Shown: one piece after another, positions 12,297 through 21,362 of the stretch | Layout of the letters: each line of letters begins with the position of its first letter | Position numbering within the stretch: the stretch's first letter is position 1 | Assembly (NCBI GenBank): GCA_938084645.1 | Contig: CALKEP010000049.1 | Location: forward strand, 1-57,048 | Reading direction: 5' to 3' | From: an uncultured Phycisphaerales bacterium | GTDB taxonomy: Bacteria; Planctomycetota; Phycisphaerae; Phycisphaerales; SM1A02 | Length of the DNA: 57,048 bases | Translations under genes and position numbers: made by a program | The notes under the pieces: model-generated | Seen by the model: only the letters and a program-made list of their open reading frames with translations | Databases searched by the model: none | What the model was told of the DNA's origin: nothing

Positions 12297-13297
12297 CAGG
12301 CGAGGTTCGCCAGGATCTCGCGGAGCACGTCCTCGCCGCGTCGACCTTCCGCGAGCGCCTCGTAGTTGAGTCGGATGCGGTGCAACACCACGTCCTCGGC
12401 GAGGGCGAGGAAGTCCTCGGGGATCGCGTACTCACGCCCATGGATGAAGGCACGGGCCCGGGACGCGTTCACCAGGGCGATCGCCGCCCGGGGCGAACAC
12501 CCGAGTTCGAGATCCGGATGGCTGCGGGTCAGGGTCACCAGCTCGACGCAGTCCCGAACGAAGACGTCGCTCACGTGGACCTCGAGGACCCGTTCCATCG
12601 CCTGAGTCAGATCGCGGATGTGGAACGGGCTGGACTCGTCGATCGCGTCGAACGCGGACATCGGCACCGCCCCGTCACCCTGTCGCTTGAGTTTCAGCTG
12701 GAGCCCGCGCCGCACCACCTCCGCCTCCTGATCGAAGGTCGGGTAGTCGAGCCGATGTCGGAGCATGAACCGGTCGAGCTGGGCTTCGGGAAGTTCGAAC
12801 GTTCCCGCCTGCTCCACGGGGTTCTGGGTCGCGATCACCAGGAACGGCGCCGGCAGGTCGTGCGTGGTGTCGCCGATCGAGACCCGCCGTTCCTGCATCG
12901 CCTCCAGCAGCGCGGACTGCACCTTCGGCGACGCCCGGTTGATCTCGTCGGCGAGGAGGAGGTTCGTGAACGCGGGTCCCTTGTGGATCCTGAACCGGCC
13001 GGACTCCGGATCGAGGATCTCGGAACCGACGATGTCCGAGGGAAGCAGATCGATCGTGAACTGGATCCGCTTGAACTCGAGATCGATCGCCCGCCCCACG
13101 GCCTGCACGAGCAGGGTCTTCGCGATGCCCGGAACGCCTTCAAGCAGGAGATGACCACCGGTGAGCAGCGCGATGAGGATCCGCTCCACCACGACCTCCT
13201 GGCCGACGACGGTGCGGGCGACGCTGGACGACACGGTGCGGGCGAAGGTCTCGCCGGCGGCGGTCGACGGGTCGGTGGTGGCGTTTGAGTCGTTCAT
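12296..13297 (-). CDS. moxR: MoxR family AAA+ ATPase
   Basis: Walker A GVPGIAKT, RIQFTIDLLPSD, Walker B LLADEINRASPKVQSALLEAM, ATQNPVEQAGTFELPEAQLDRF. Confidence 0.96.
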   Translation of the reverse strand: MNDSNATTDPSTAAGETFARTVSSSVARTVVGQEVVVERILIALLTGGHLLLEGVPGIAKTLLVQAVGRAIDLEFKRIQFTIDLLPSDIVGSEILDPESGRFRIHKGPAFTNLLLADEINRASPKVQSALLEAMQERRVSIGDTTHDLPAPFLVIATQNPVEQAGTFELPEAQLDRFMLRHRLDYPTFDQEAEVVRRGLQLKLKRQGDGAVPMSAFDAIDESSPFHIRDLTQAMERVLEVHVSDVFVRDCVELVTLTRSHPDLELGCSPRAAIALVNASRARAFIHGREYAIPEDFLALAEDVVLHRIRLNYEALAEGRRGEDVLREILANLA

Positions 13298-13353
13298 GTC
13301 TTGATCGAGGCCCTTGCTGTTTCGGATCGGCCGGACGCCGAAGAGGTCGAGGT

Positions 13354-14457
13354 TCAGGAATCGCCGTTCGAGGTCTCGATCGGCTCGGCGAGCAGTCGTC
13401 CCACCACCTCCGCCACGCGAGCGTCCTCGATGCCGGCCGCCCGCACCCGACCGTTTCGATCGATGACCACGGTGGTCGGCCAGCGACGGACGCCGTAGGT
13501 CGTCGCCAGTCGACCGAGCGGCGGACCGGCTTCCTCCGGCGGAAGGTCACGGGCGATCGGAAACGGCGGTCCGGACTCGCCGAACATCGACCGCATCCGC
13601 TTCCAATCGGCGAGATGATCGCAGACGCCGACGAACGCCACGCCCTGCGGCGCCAGACGCTCGGTGGTGCTTCGCCATTCCGGCATCGCGGTTCGAACCC
13701 GCCGACTGATCGGAGAGACGAACCGAAGGACCGTGACCCGGCCTTCCATCGCATCCGGTTCGAGCGGCGCTCCGATCCACTCCTTCGCTTCGAGTCCAGG
13801 CGCGGGCCGCCCCTCGGTACGGGCGAGGCCGGGGAGTCGTTTCGCACCGCCGACGTACCAGTCGATCGGGAACTCCGCCTTCCCCGAACCGCCGCCTTCA
13901 CCACCGCCGGGCTCGGCGAGCAAGGTCTCCACCACCGCGCCGACCTTGTCCGGCAGCAGTCCGGCGGCGCGAACCACGCCCTTGCGATCGATCACCACGT
14001 AGGTCGGCCAGAACCCGAGGTTGTACGCCTTCACGCTCGCGCCCGACGCATCCCGGGCGACCGGATAGTTGATGCCCGTCTCGGACACCACGGAAGCCGC
14101 CTTGTCCCAGCCGTTCCGCGAATCGTGAACGCCGATGAAGGCGAGCCCGTCCTTGCCGTGCTTGTTCACCAGTTCGATGTTCTTCGGGATCGCCGCCATG
14201 CACGGCCCGCACCAGGTGGCCCAGAAGTCGACGACCACCACCTTGCCACGAAGATCCTCGAGCGAGGTCTCGTCGCCGATCCAGGCGTCGAGGGACAGGG
14301 GCGGCGCCGGTTTTCCTTCGAGCGACTTCAGCCCGGCGGGCCGATCGGCCCCGGAGAAGAAGTGATCGTCGGGGAAGTCCTGGGCGACGGACGATGTCGT
14401 GATCGCCGAGACGATCGACACCATCAGGAGGAGCACGGTGGCATGGCGATTCTTCAC
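13354..14457 (-). CDS. Exported TlpA-like disulfide reductase with two thioredoxin-fold domains
   Basis: GTG start after AAGGAG; signal peptide. Domain 1 has DFWATWCGPC and WPTYVVIDRKG. Domain 2 has WPTTVVIDRNG but no CXXC. Confidence 0.88.
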   Translation of the reverse strand: MKNRHATVLLLMVSIVSAITTSSVAQDFPDDHFFSGADRPAGLKSLEGKPAPPLSLDAWIGDETSLEDLRGKVVVVDFWATWCGPCMAAIPKNIELVNKHGKDGLAFIGVHDSRNGWDKAASVVSETGINYPVARDASGASVKAYNLGFWPTYVVIDRKGVVRAAGLLPDKVGAVVETLLAEPGGGEGGGSGKAEFPIDWYVGGAKRLPGLARTEGRPAPGLEAKEWIGAPLEPDAMEGRVTVLRFVSPISRRVRTAMPEWRSTTERLAPQGVAFVGVCDHLADWKRMRSMFGESGPPFPIARDLPPEEAGPPLGRLATTYGVRRWPTTVVIDRNGRVRAAGIEDARVAEVVGRLLAEPIETSNGDS

Positions 14458-14482
14458 GTGGGGTCTCCTTGCAGTCGCCCCA

Positions 14483-14488
14483 AGTATA
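14483..14488 (-). promoter_or_regulatory. Putative -10 box (TATACT) for the tlpA-moxR operon
   Basis: TATACT in the 87-nt gap between modC and the thioredoxin gene, 25 nt upstream of the GTG. Confidence 0.5.
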
Positions 14489-14544
14489 CGGGCCACCCGC
14501 CCGCTTCCACGGGAACCATCGGGCGTCTCGATTCTTCGTCCGAC

Positions 14545-15597
14545 TCAGAGAACCCTGATCGCCTGACGCTTGAGCAGGCACACGATCGGACGCCCCCGAT
14601 CGATCTCGAGTGCGGCCAGACTCTCCCGACCGATCTCCGCCGCGAGGGTCGGACCATCGGCCCCGAGACGGACTTCGACGAACACCCCCGCCCCGTCATC
14701 GGTCCAGCGGGTGACCGTGCCCTCGATCTGATTGCCGATGCTCGTGCCCTCGACCCGCCGTTTCGCGAGGGCGACGTCCGCCGGGTCGAACTCGAGCACG
14801 ACGTCCGCGTCCGGCCCCGGGTTCGTCGTTGGCGTGACGAATTCGATCGTCGTGCCGGGGATCGTCATCACCCCGGCGACTTCGGTGGTCCGGCCTCGAA
14901 GCCGATTGACCACGCCGCGACGACGAAGCGTCGGCAGCACCGACGCGTCCTGGATCAGATCCGGATACCTCCCCTGGCCGACCACCCGTCCCCCATCGAC
15001 GACCAGAAGCTCCTCGGTCAGTTGCAGCAGATCACCGAGGCGGTGACTCACCTGGATCATCGGTCGACCGGTCCGATCCCGAAGATGCTCGAGGTGACCG
15101 AGGATCTCCGCCCGCAGCCGGCCGTCGAGCGACGCCGTCGGTTCGTCGAGCAACACGAGGTCGGGGCGGATCAGGAGCGCCCGGCCGAGGGCGACCCGCT
15201 GTCGTTCACCCCCGGAGAGATCGGCGACGTTTCGATCGAGGAGCGGGCCGAGTTCGAGAAGCTCCACCAGGCCGTCCGGATCACCCCTGCGAGCCCGGGG
15301 CCCGTACCGGAGGTTTCCCGCCACCGTGAGATGCGGAAGGAGTCGGAGGTCCTGGAAGACCATGCCGATTCGACGGCGATCGACCCGCACGTCGATTCCC
15401 CGCGTGGCGTCGAAGAGCGTTCGGCCATCGATTCGGATCACCCCCCGGTCCGGCCGGATCAGCCCCGCGATCATCGCGAGGATGGTCGACTTCCCGGCGC
15501 CGGACGGACCGAAGATCCCGAGATTGGGCGTCTCCGTCGTGAAGGCGACCTCGAGCCGGAATCCCGGTCGGTCGAGCGTGACGTCGAACTCGATCAT
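14545..15597 (-). CDS. modC: Molybdate ABC transporter ATP-binding protein
   Basis: GPSGAGKST, LSGGERQRVALGRAL, LLDEP; C-terminal TOBE-like SIGNQIEG region. Confidence 0.93.
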   Translation of the reverse strand: MIEFDVTLDRPGFRLEVAFTTETPNLGIFGPSGAGKSTILAMIAGLIRPDRGVIRIDGRTLFDATRGIDVRVDRRRIGMVFQDLRLLPHLTVAGNLRYGPRARRGDPDGLVELLELGPLLDRNVADLSGGERQRVALGRALLIRPDLVLLDEPTASLDGRLRAEILGHLEHLRDRTGRPMIQVSHRLGDLLQLTEELLVVDGGRVVGQGRYPDLIQDASVLPTLRRRGVVNRLRGRTTEVAGVMTIPGTTIEFVTPTTNPGPDADVVLEFDPADVALAKRRVEGTSIGNQIEGTVTRWTDDGAGVFVEVRLGADGPTLAAEIGRESLAALEIDRGRPIVCLLKRQAIRVL

Positions 15598-16289
15598 GAC
15601 GCGCCTCCGGCCCGTCGCACGAGACGTCTCGAGAGCAGTTCGGACGCCAGCAACGCCAGGAACGAGACGACGACCGCGATCACCACGAGGCGCATCGCCG
15701 ATGCGTCGCCGCCGGGCGTCTGGACGTCACTGAAGATCGCGAGCGGAATCGTCCGGGTCACGCCCTCGATGTTCCCGGCGACCATGATCGTCGCGCCGAA
15801 CTCGCCGAGACTCCGGGCGAAGGCGAGCACCGTCCCCGCGAGAATCCCCGGAACCGCGAGCGGCAGGGTGACCGTGAGAAGGACCCGCGCCGGACCGGCA
15901 CCGAGCGTGGCGGCAGCCGCCTCCAGTCGCGGATCCGCCGCCTCGATCGCGAGCCTGACCGCCCGCACCAGAAGGGGGAATCCCATCACCGTCGAGGCGA
16001 TCGCCGCCGCCCTCCAGGTGAACGCGAGATCCAGACCCAGGTGTTCGTACAACCAGCCGCCGAGCCAGCCCCGCCGCCCGATCGACAGCAGCAGCAGGTA
16101 GCCGACGACCACGGGCGGCAGCACCAGCGGCAGATGGATCGCGGCATCGAGCAGTGAACGCCCCGGGAATCGACGTCGGGCGAGCAGCCAGCCACAGGCG
16201 ATGCCGGGAAGCAGCATCACCAGGACCGCGGTCCCCGCGACCTTGAGCGAGAGCAGCACCGCCGACCATTCCTCGTTCGTCAGCATCAT
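15594..16289 (-). CDS. modB: Molybdate ABC transporter permease
   Basis: LPLVLPPVVVGYLLL, EAAAATLGA loop, FARSLGEFGATIMVAGNI. Confidence 0.95.
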   Translation of the reverse strand: MMLTNEEWSAVLLSLKVAGTAVLVMLLPGIACGWLLARRRFPGRSLLDAAIHLPLVLPPVVVGYLLLLSIGRRGWLGGWLYEHLGLDLAFTWRAAAIASTVMGFPLLVRAVRLAIEAADPRLEAAAATLGAGPARVLLTVTLPLAVPGILAGTVLAFARSLGEFGATIMVAGNIEGVTRTIPLAIFSDVQTPGGDASAMRLVVIAVVVSFLALLASELLSRRLVRRAGGAS

Positions 16290-17113
16290 CGCGCTCCGAC
16301 CTCCTGAAGCGGCATGAGCGTGAATCCCCGGAGATGCAGCGTCTCTCGAAACTCCGGATTCCAGAGACGGTCGACGAAGTCCAGAACCTCCGGGCGATCA
16401 TCGAGGCGGACCACCGGATACACGATCGGATCGTGGAGGTCGGCGGGAATCCTCGCGAGCACGCCGACCGTCGTCGATGCCGCGACATCGGTCTCGTAGA
16501 CCACACCGACATCCGCTTCGCCGAGCTCGACCAGCCGAAGGGCCGCTCGAACGTCGGCGGTCGGAAGGAGACGAGGCACCAGCGATGCCCACCAACCCAT
16601 CGATTGCAACGACCGCCGCGCGTATCGACCGGCGGGAACGTGCGCGGGATCCGCGATCGCCATTCTGGACCAGTTTCCGGGCGGCGCCGGATCCGCGAGG
16701 TCGATGGAACCACCCGATTCCGACCCGCCCACCAGCACGAGTCGGTTGCCCGCGAGATCGCCGACGTTCACCGCGCCCGGGCGCTCGTCGAGGATCGCCT
16801 CGGCCCAGGCCCGATCCGCAGGGATGAAGACATCGACGTTCGCACCGGCGAGTGCCTGTCTCCCGATCGTGGAAGAACCGGCGACGTGGACGTGAATCGC
16901 GATGCCCGAGTCGGCCTCGAATCGCTCCGCCGCCTGCTGAACCACCTCGCCGAGGCTCGACGCGGCGAACACCAGCACCGGCGGTTCATGCCTCCCCGCT
17001 TCCGGCGCGAGCCGCTGACAGGAGAGGGCCAACGACAGCGGGGCGAGCAGCAGCCACCATGGACGTGAGAATGCCGAAGAATTCCGGGAGAATGCCGGAC
17101 GATCTGCTTTCAT
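16286..17113 (-). CDS. modA: Molybdate ABC transporter substrate-binding lipoprotein
   Basis: VFAASSL, AGSS, VPAGRYA, DVGVVYETD; lipobox-like LALSC; GATACT-N6-ATG upstream. Confidence 0.9.
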   Translation of the reverse strand: MKADRPAFSRNSSAFSRPWWLLLAPLSLALSCQRLAPEAGRHEPPVLVFAASSLGEVVQQAAERFEADSGIAIHVHVAGSSTIGRQALAGANVDVFIPADRAWAEAILDERPGAVNVGDLAGNRLVLVGGSESGGSIDLADPAPPGNWSRMAIADPAHVPAGRYARRSLQSMGWWASLVPRLLPTADVRAALRLVELGEADVGVVYETDVAASTTVGVLARIPADLHDPIVYPVVRLDDRPEVLDFVDRLWNPEFRETLHLRGFTLMPLQEVGAR

Positions 17114-17352
17114 GACGCAAGTATCGACTATTCCCGATCTTGAGGTGCGCCCGAGCACGACTCCGACCGTCCCCCGCGACGATGCACGGGCCCCGTTCCA
17201 ATCGAATCTCGGGTTTCCGTTGGTATCTCGACACTCGATTGCTTACCGTTTTCCCTCAAGAGAAGGCGTGGAAAAGGGTCTCCGCCATCTCATCGAACCG
17301 CCACTGCGATTTCAAGATCGCCGTGGCCATCATGTTTTGTCAGGAGATTGAT

Positions 17353-17970
17353 ATGAAGAAGTTCGTCCTTGCGAGCTCCGTGCTCGCCCTCGCCGGCGGT
17401 GCGTCCGCCGACATCGTCTACAGCGGGGAGCTCGGCCTCACCGTGAACTCCGGGGACACCGCGATCGACGTGTCCATCGGCGACAACAGCTGGCAGTTCG
17501 GGATCGATACCGGTGTGACTCCGCCAACGCTCGATTACAGCTTCATCACCGCACTGAACGAGGGCGCCGGCGTCTTCGTCCCCGTATTCGACGGCTATGC
17601 TCGTCGCTTCGCGGCTGGTGACAACATCGGAACACTCACCTCCATCCTCAACATGTTCCCGCTCGGCGAGTTCGGCAATAACATCAACCTGCTCATGCAC
17701 GATTACGTGACCGGTGCAGGACTCTTCGACGCGTCAGGAACTGGTTTCGTCGGTTTCGGTTTCGGCGGCGGCATTGACTTCAACTACGGCTGGATGCAGT
17801 TCACGCTCGACGTGGATGCAGACTCCAACAGCCACTCGATCACGCTTGTCGACTACGCCTACAACGACGAGATCAACGGCTCGATCGAAGTCGGCGCCAT
17901 CCCGGCCCCGGGCGCGATTGCGCTTCTGTCGCTCGCCGGCCTCGCCGGTCGTCGTCGACGCCAGGGCTGA
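17353..17970 (+). CDS. Secreted PEP-CTERM-like sorting-domain protein
   Basis: CAGGAG RBS; signal MKKFVLASSVLALAGGASA; NYGWMQF..LVDYAYN domain; tail IPAPGAIALLSLAGLAGRRRRQG. Confidence 0.88.
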   Translation: MKKFVLASSVLALAGGASADIVYSGELGLTVNSGDTAIDVSIGDNSWQFGIDTGVTPPTLDYSFITALNEGAGVFVPVFDGYARRFAAGDNIGTLTSILNMFPLGEFGNNINLLMHDYVTGAGLFDASGTGFVGFGFGGGIDFNYGWMQFTLDVDADSNSHSITLVDYAYNDEINGSIEVGAIPAPGAIALLSLAGLAGRRRRQG

Positions 17971-18007
17971 TCGCTTCGCGATCACATCGATGAATCGGAT
18001 CAAACAG

Positions 18008-18040
18008 GCCCCTCGTCCGCCACGGCGGACGAGGGGCTTT
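18008..18040 (+). terminator. Intrinsic terminator
   Basis: Perfect stem GCCCCTCGTCCGC / GCGGACGAGGGGC followed by TTTCT. Confidence 0.75.
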
Positions 18041-18061
18041 CTCGTGAAACGTCCCGGAAGG

Positions 18062-18100
18062 GAAAGGCCCGGCGATCCGCGGGGGAACGCCGGGCCTTTC
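18062..18100 (-). terminator. Second hairpin, likely terminator of the convergent DUF1254 gene
   Basis: GAAAGGCCCGGCG...CGCCGGGCCTTTC inverted repeat. Confidence 0.65.
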
Positions 18101-18123
18101 GGTTTCGCGGAGCCGAACCTGCT

Positions 18124-19689
18124 TCAGTCGACCAGTTCGAGGTCCCCGGGACGCCAGGTCTTCTCGAACCACGGTTCGAGCGGACCGTAGAGTCGGAGCA
18201 GGGCGAACCAGCCCTTGCCGGGGACGGTCTGGATCCAGTTCGCGGCGTTGATCCCATTCGGCGACTTCGGCCCGAAGTGCAGGGTGATCGAACCGTCGGG
18301 ATTCTCCATCATCGAGTCACGAACGCTGTTCTTGCTGGGCAGGAGCTGCCCGCTCTGCAGTTCCGATCGCGTCTGCGGGTCGTAGACCACGAACGACCAG
18401 AAGTTCTTCGCCGGCACGTCGGCGGGGATGAGAAGGGTGTAGTTCTTCGAGCCGTCGAGATACCGCCCCTCCGAATCGGTCGAGATCAGGGCGTACTGCG
18501 AACCCACGCCCGGCATCTTCAGGGCCATGGCCGGCGTGTTCACGGTAGCGCAGTAGAAGAAGAGCGTCCTGGCGTCCAGGTTCCGGCCTCCGGCGCCGTC
18601 CGCGATGAGCCAGCGATAGTCGCCCCCGACGAAGGGCGTGTACCACTGCTGTCCTTCGTAGAGGAAGGCCGCGGGATCACGCGGGCGAAGGAAGATGGCC
18701 CTCGCCGTGGCGTTGCCGATGGCGACCGAGTCCTCGAGTATTCCCTTCATTCGAGCGTCGGGTTCGAAGGGCTTGCCCTTCTGGAGGCCGATCGAAGCCG
18801 CGAGCCCGCGGAGCTCGGGGTCGAGGAGACCGACCGGCTCCCGGTCGAGCACGGTGTGGATCTCCTCGAAGAACTTGAAGTCGTTCGCGTGAATCGTGTT
18901 GAAGGACATCTGGGAGGCGTCGACGAACTTCATCGCCGGCGGCTCCTTCCGATCGGCGTAGGGATAGACCTTGAGTCCCTTCTCGAACATCTCGACCGGG
19001 GCGTCGGCCTTCCCGTCGACCAGCAGTCCGCGAAGGATCAGAAAGTTCAGGTAGCCGGGGGACCGGACCGCGAAGTATTCCTCGCCGGCGACGTCGACGA
19101 GCTTGCCGCCGATCGGGGCCTCGATTTCCGTCATCTGGTCGGGCGGAAGGATCAGGTACTTCCCGCCCTGGCCGCGATCGGGACCGGGGCCACCCATGTC
19201 GACGACGAATCGGAAGAAGGCGTCGTTCACGGTGCCGGGCCCGCACTTCGGTGGGACCTCCACCACCATCGGCCCGTACTTCTCGAGATCCATCATCACC
19301 GCCGCGTAGACGGTGTCGGTGTTGCCGGTCAGGAACAACGGCGTCGAGTCGAGGAGCCGCTTGAACATCAGGCACTCGTTCGGCTCGGCGCATCCCATGC
19401 GCTCCATCCCGAGCCGCATTCCTTCGAGCGAGGCCGCGGGGATGAAGTTGAGGAACACCTCGGTGCCGCGAATCCGATCGAGGTTGTCGTACACGACGTC
19501 CACGGTCTTCGCGGTCGGCATGCCGTCGAAGAACCGGAGCGTACCGATCGAAGTCTCGACCTCGTCGGAGGTCATGATGGACTCGGGGATCGGCGTGTTG
19601 AATCCGGGCGGGGTGGAGTCCTGGGCTCCGGTGACTGGGTCACCGCCCAGGGAGAGGATCATGGCGGGGACGAGTATGGACGGAGTCAT
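18124..19689 (-). CDS. DUF1254/DUF1214 domain-containing exported protein
   Basis: LFLTGNTDTVY, GPDRGQGGKYLILPP, FWSFVVYD, NWIQTVPGKGWFALLRLYGP; AAAGGAAG RBS before ATG 19689. Confidence 0.9.
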   Translation of the reverse strand: MTPSILVPAMILSLGGDPVTGAQDSTPPGFNTPIPESIMTSDEVETSIGTLRFFDGMPTAKTVDVVYDNLDRIRGTEVFLNFIPAASLEGMRLGMERMGCAEPNECLMFKRLLDSTPLFLTGNTDTVYAAVMMDLEKYGPMVVEVPPKCGPGTVNDAFFRFVVDMGGPGPDRGQGGKYLILPPDQMTEIEAPIGGKLVDVAGEEYFAVRSPGYLNFLILRGLLVDGKADAPVEMFEKGLKVYPYADRKEPPAMKFVDASQMSFNTIHANDFKFFEEIHTVLDREPVGLLDPELRGLAASIGLQKGKPFEPDARMKGILEDSVAIGNATARAIFLRPRDPAAFLYEGQQWYTPFVGGDYRWLIADGAGGRNLDARTLFFYCATVNTPAMALKMPGVGSQYALISTDSEGRYLDGSKNYTLLIPADVPAKNFWSFVVYDPQTRSELQSGQLLPSKNSVRDSMMENPDGSITLHFGPKSPNGINAANWIQTVPGKGWFALLRLYGPLEPWFEKTWRPGDLELVD

Positions 19690-19803
19690 CGAACTTCCTT
19701 TCGAGTTTGGCGGAACGAGGGTCGGACCGGAGGGCCGCCGGGAATCTGGGAATCTGGGCCGTCGAGCTTCGAAACGAATCGACCTCGAGCGCGGCGGTGC
19801 CAC

Positions 19804-20436
19804 TCAGTCGAGGTAGGCCGCATGAAGGAGCGTGCGTGACCAGACAGTGTAGAGCGTCTCGAGAACGACCTCGGGATCTCGTTGCGTGCGCCGGCCGAAG
19901 CCGTCGATGAGGATCTCCGCGTCCATTCGATTCAGGGCACGGGCGATCATCGCCGCATCGCCATCTCGATAGAAGCCTTCGGCCTGGCCCTTGAGGATCC
20001 GTTCCTCCACCGAATGATCCCAGCCGCCCATGAACTTCGACCACGCGGCCTCGAGCCGCGAATCGTGCGGCGCAGACTCGCTGATGGCCCGAAACACGGG
20101 CCCGTGCGACCGGCAGACGTCGACGATCCCGCCGAGCGATTCCCGGATCTCGTCCTTTGCAGCGCCCTCCGCCACGAACCAGGCGACGGCCGCCTCGTTC
20201 ATCTCGACCTCGAGATCGACGAGCAGTTCCTCGATGAGGTCGGGGATGTTCCTGAAGTACTGGTAGAAGGCGGGTCGACTCAGACCGGTGCCGCGCATGA
20301 TCATCACGATCGAGAGATCACGGATCGGCCGATCCCAGAGCAAGTCGACCACCTCGTCGAGAATCTCCTGACGCGATTCCGCAGGAGATCTTCGACGCCG
20401 CGCACCTTCGACGCGGATGGATGTGGACTCGGGCAT
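19804..20436 (-). CDS. TetR/AcrR family transcriptional regulator (EthR-like)
   Basis: N-terminal HTH with GLSRPAFYQYF; 210 aa. Confidence 0.9.
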   Translation of the reverse strand: MPESTSIRVEGARRRRSPAESRQEILDEVVDLLWDRPIRDLSIVMIMRGTGLSRPAFYQYFRNIPDLIEELLVDLEVEMNEAAVAWFVAEGAAKDEIRESLGGIVDVCRSHGPVFRAISESAPHDSRLEAAWSKFMGGWDHSVEERILKGQAEGFYRDGDAAMIARALNRMDAEILIDGFGRRTQRDPEVVLETLYTVWSRTLLHAAYLD

Positions 20437-20442
20437 CCCCGT

Positions 20443-20448
20443 AGTCTA
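20443..20448 (-). promoter_or_regulatory. -10 box TAGACT, 6 nt before the TetR ATG (putative leaderless promoter)
   Basis: Minus strand reads TAGACT-ACGGGG-ATG. Confidence 0.6.
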
Positions 20449-20516
20449 GTGACGCGACGTCAGCCGTGTCCCGCCACCGGACGGGTTGAAGCCCCAGATC
20501 CGGCGGCGAGTCGGTC

Positions 20517-21137
20517 TCATCTTCGACGACGCCTCGCGAGGCCGACCATCCCCAGAAGTGGCATGGCGGACAGGCCTGGAACCGTGGTCGACGGCAGCTT
20601 GTCGGATGCGTCGTTGGAGAAACCGCCAAAACGGACGACCAGATCCGCCTGCGTGAAGAAATCGAGGGCCGAACGATCGGATGCGTTGGCACTCCGAAAG
20701 ACCCAGGTTCCGGTCTCCCCGGCGGCAAGCCCGGCATTGGGTGATCCGCCGCCGAGCCAACTATCGGTCACACTCGCACCGAAGTCACGATCGCCGAACG
20801 GATTGGTGGAGATCGGCCCCGCGAGGCCCTGCCAGGCGTTGGAAAGCCCGTTGGAGATCGACCCATCGAAGGCCCAATCGTTCGCCACATCGTCATTGAA
20901 CGCCAACGCCACGAGCCGCCCGTCGAACTGGGAGGTGTTCTCGAGGGTGATCGTGAGCAGGGACTCGCCCCCGTCGACCCAGTCGTATTCGAGCGTACCG
21001 ACGAATCCCCCATACGAATTGGCAGGACCGTTCGAGGAATTCTGGTTGTCGGAGACGATGTCGATGATGCCCGCATCGAGCGCGGTGACCATAGATGCGG
21101 TGGCGACGACCGCCACCGCGACCAATTGCTTGTGCAC
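20517..21137 (-). CDS. Secreted PEP-CTERM-like sorting-domain protein
   Basis: Signal peptide; G/S/N/D-rich beta domain; tail VPGLSAMPLLGMVGLARRRRR. Confidence 0.82.
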   Translation of the reverse strand: MHKQLVAVAVVATASMVTALDAGIIDIVSDNQNSSNGPANSYGGFVGTLEYDWVDGGESLLTITLENTSQFDGRLVALAFNDDVANDWAFDGSISNGLSNAWQGLAGPISTNPFGDRDFGASVTDSWLGGGSPNAGLAAGETGTWVFRSANASDRSALDFFTQADLVVRFGGFSNDASDKLPSTTVPGLSAMPLLGMVGLARRRRR

Positions 21138-21350
21138 TGGAATACCCCCGGAATGTCGATCGATCGAGGCGCACTACGCCGCGTTTCGACCCTGAACTTG
21201 GATGACCCCCCCGTGACGGACGGGTCCGACGAGAATCTACACGATCCGATTCCTCCACACGGCTCACAATGGGCGGATTCACGGCCAACGGGGTGAAATC
21301 CCACCCCGCGACCACGTGCTTTCGAAGCGGGCGGCACACGGGCGGCCGGG

Positions 21351-21356
21351 TATCTT
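21351..21356 (+). promoter_or_regulatory. -10 box TATCTT, 6 nt before the methyltransferase ATG
   Basis: TATCTT-CATGAC-ATG with no SD sequence. Confidence 0.55.
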
Positions 21357-21362
21357 CATGAC

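Noticed and set aside
13285..16101. 938-aa plus-strand ORF
   Set aside because: Shadow of tlpA/modC/modB on the opposite strand.
17140..17352. N-terminal extensions given by the ORF track (also at 22225, 26159, 45570, 46698, 52331)
   Set aside because: Downstream ATGs, most with an SD followed by a signal peptide or conserved N-terminus, fit better; the extensions overlap promoters or neighbouring genes.
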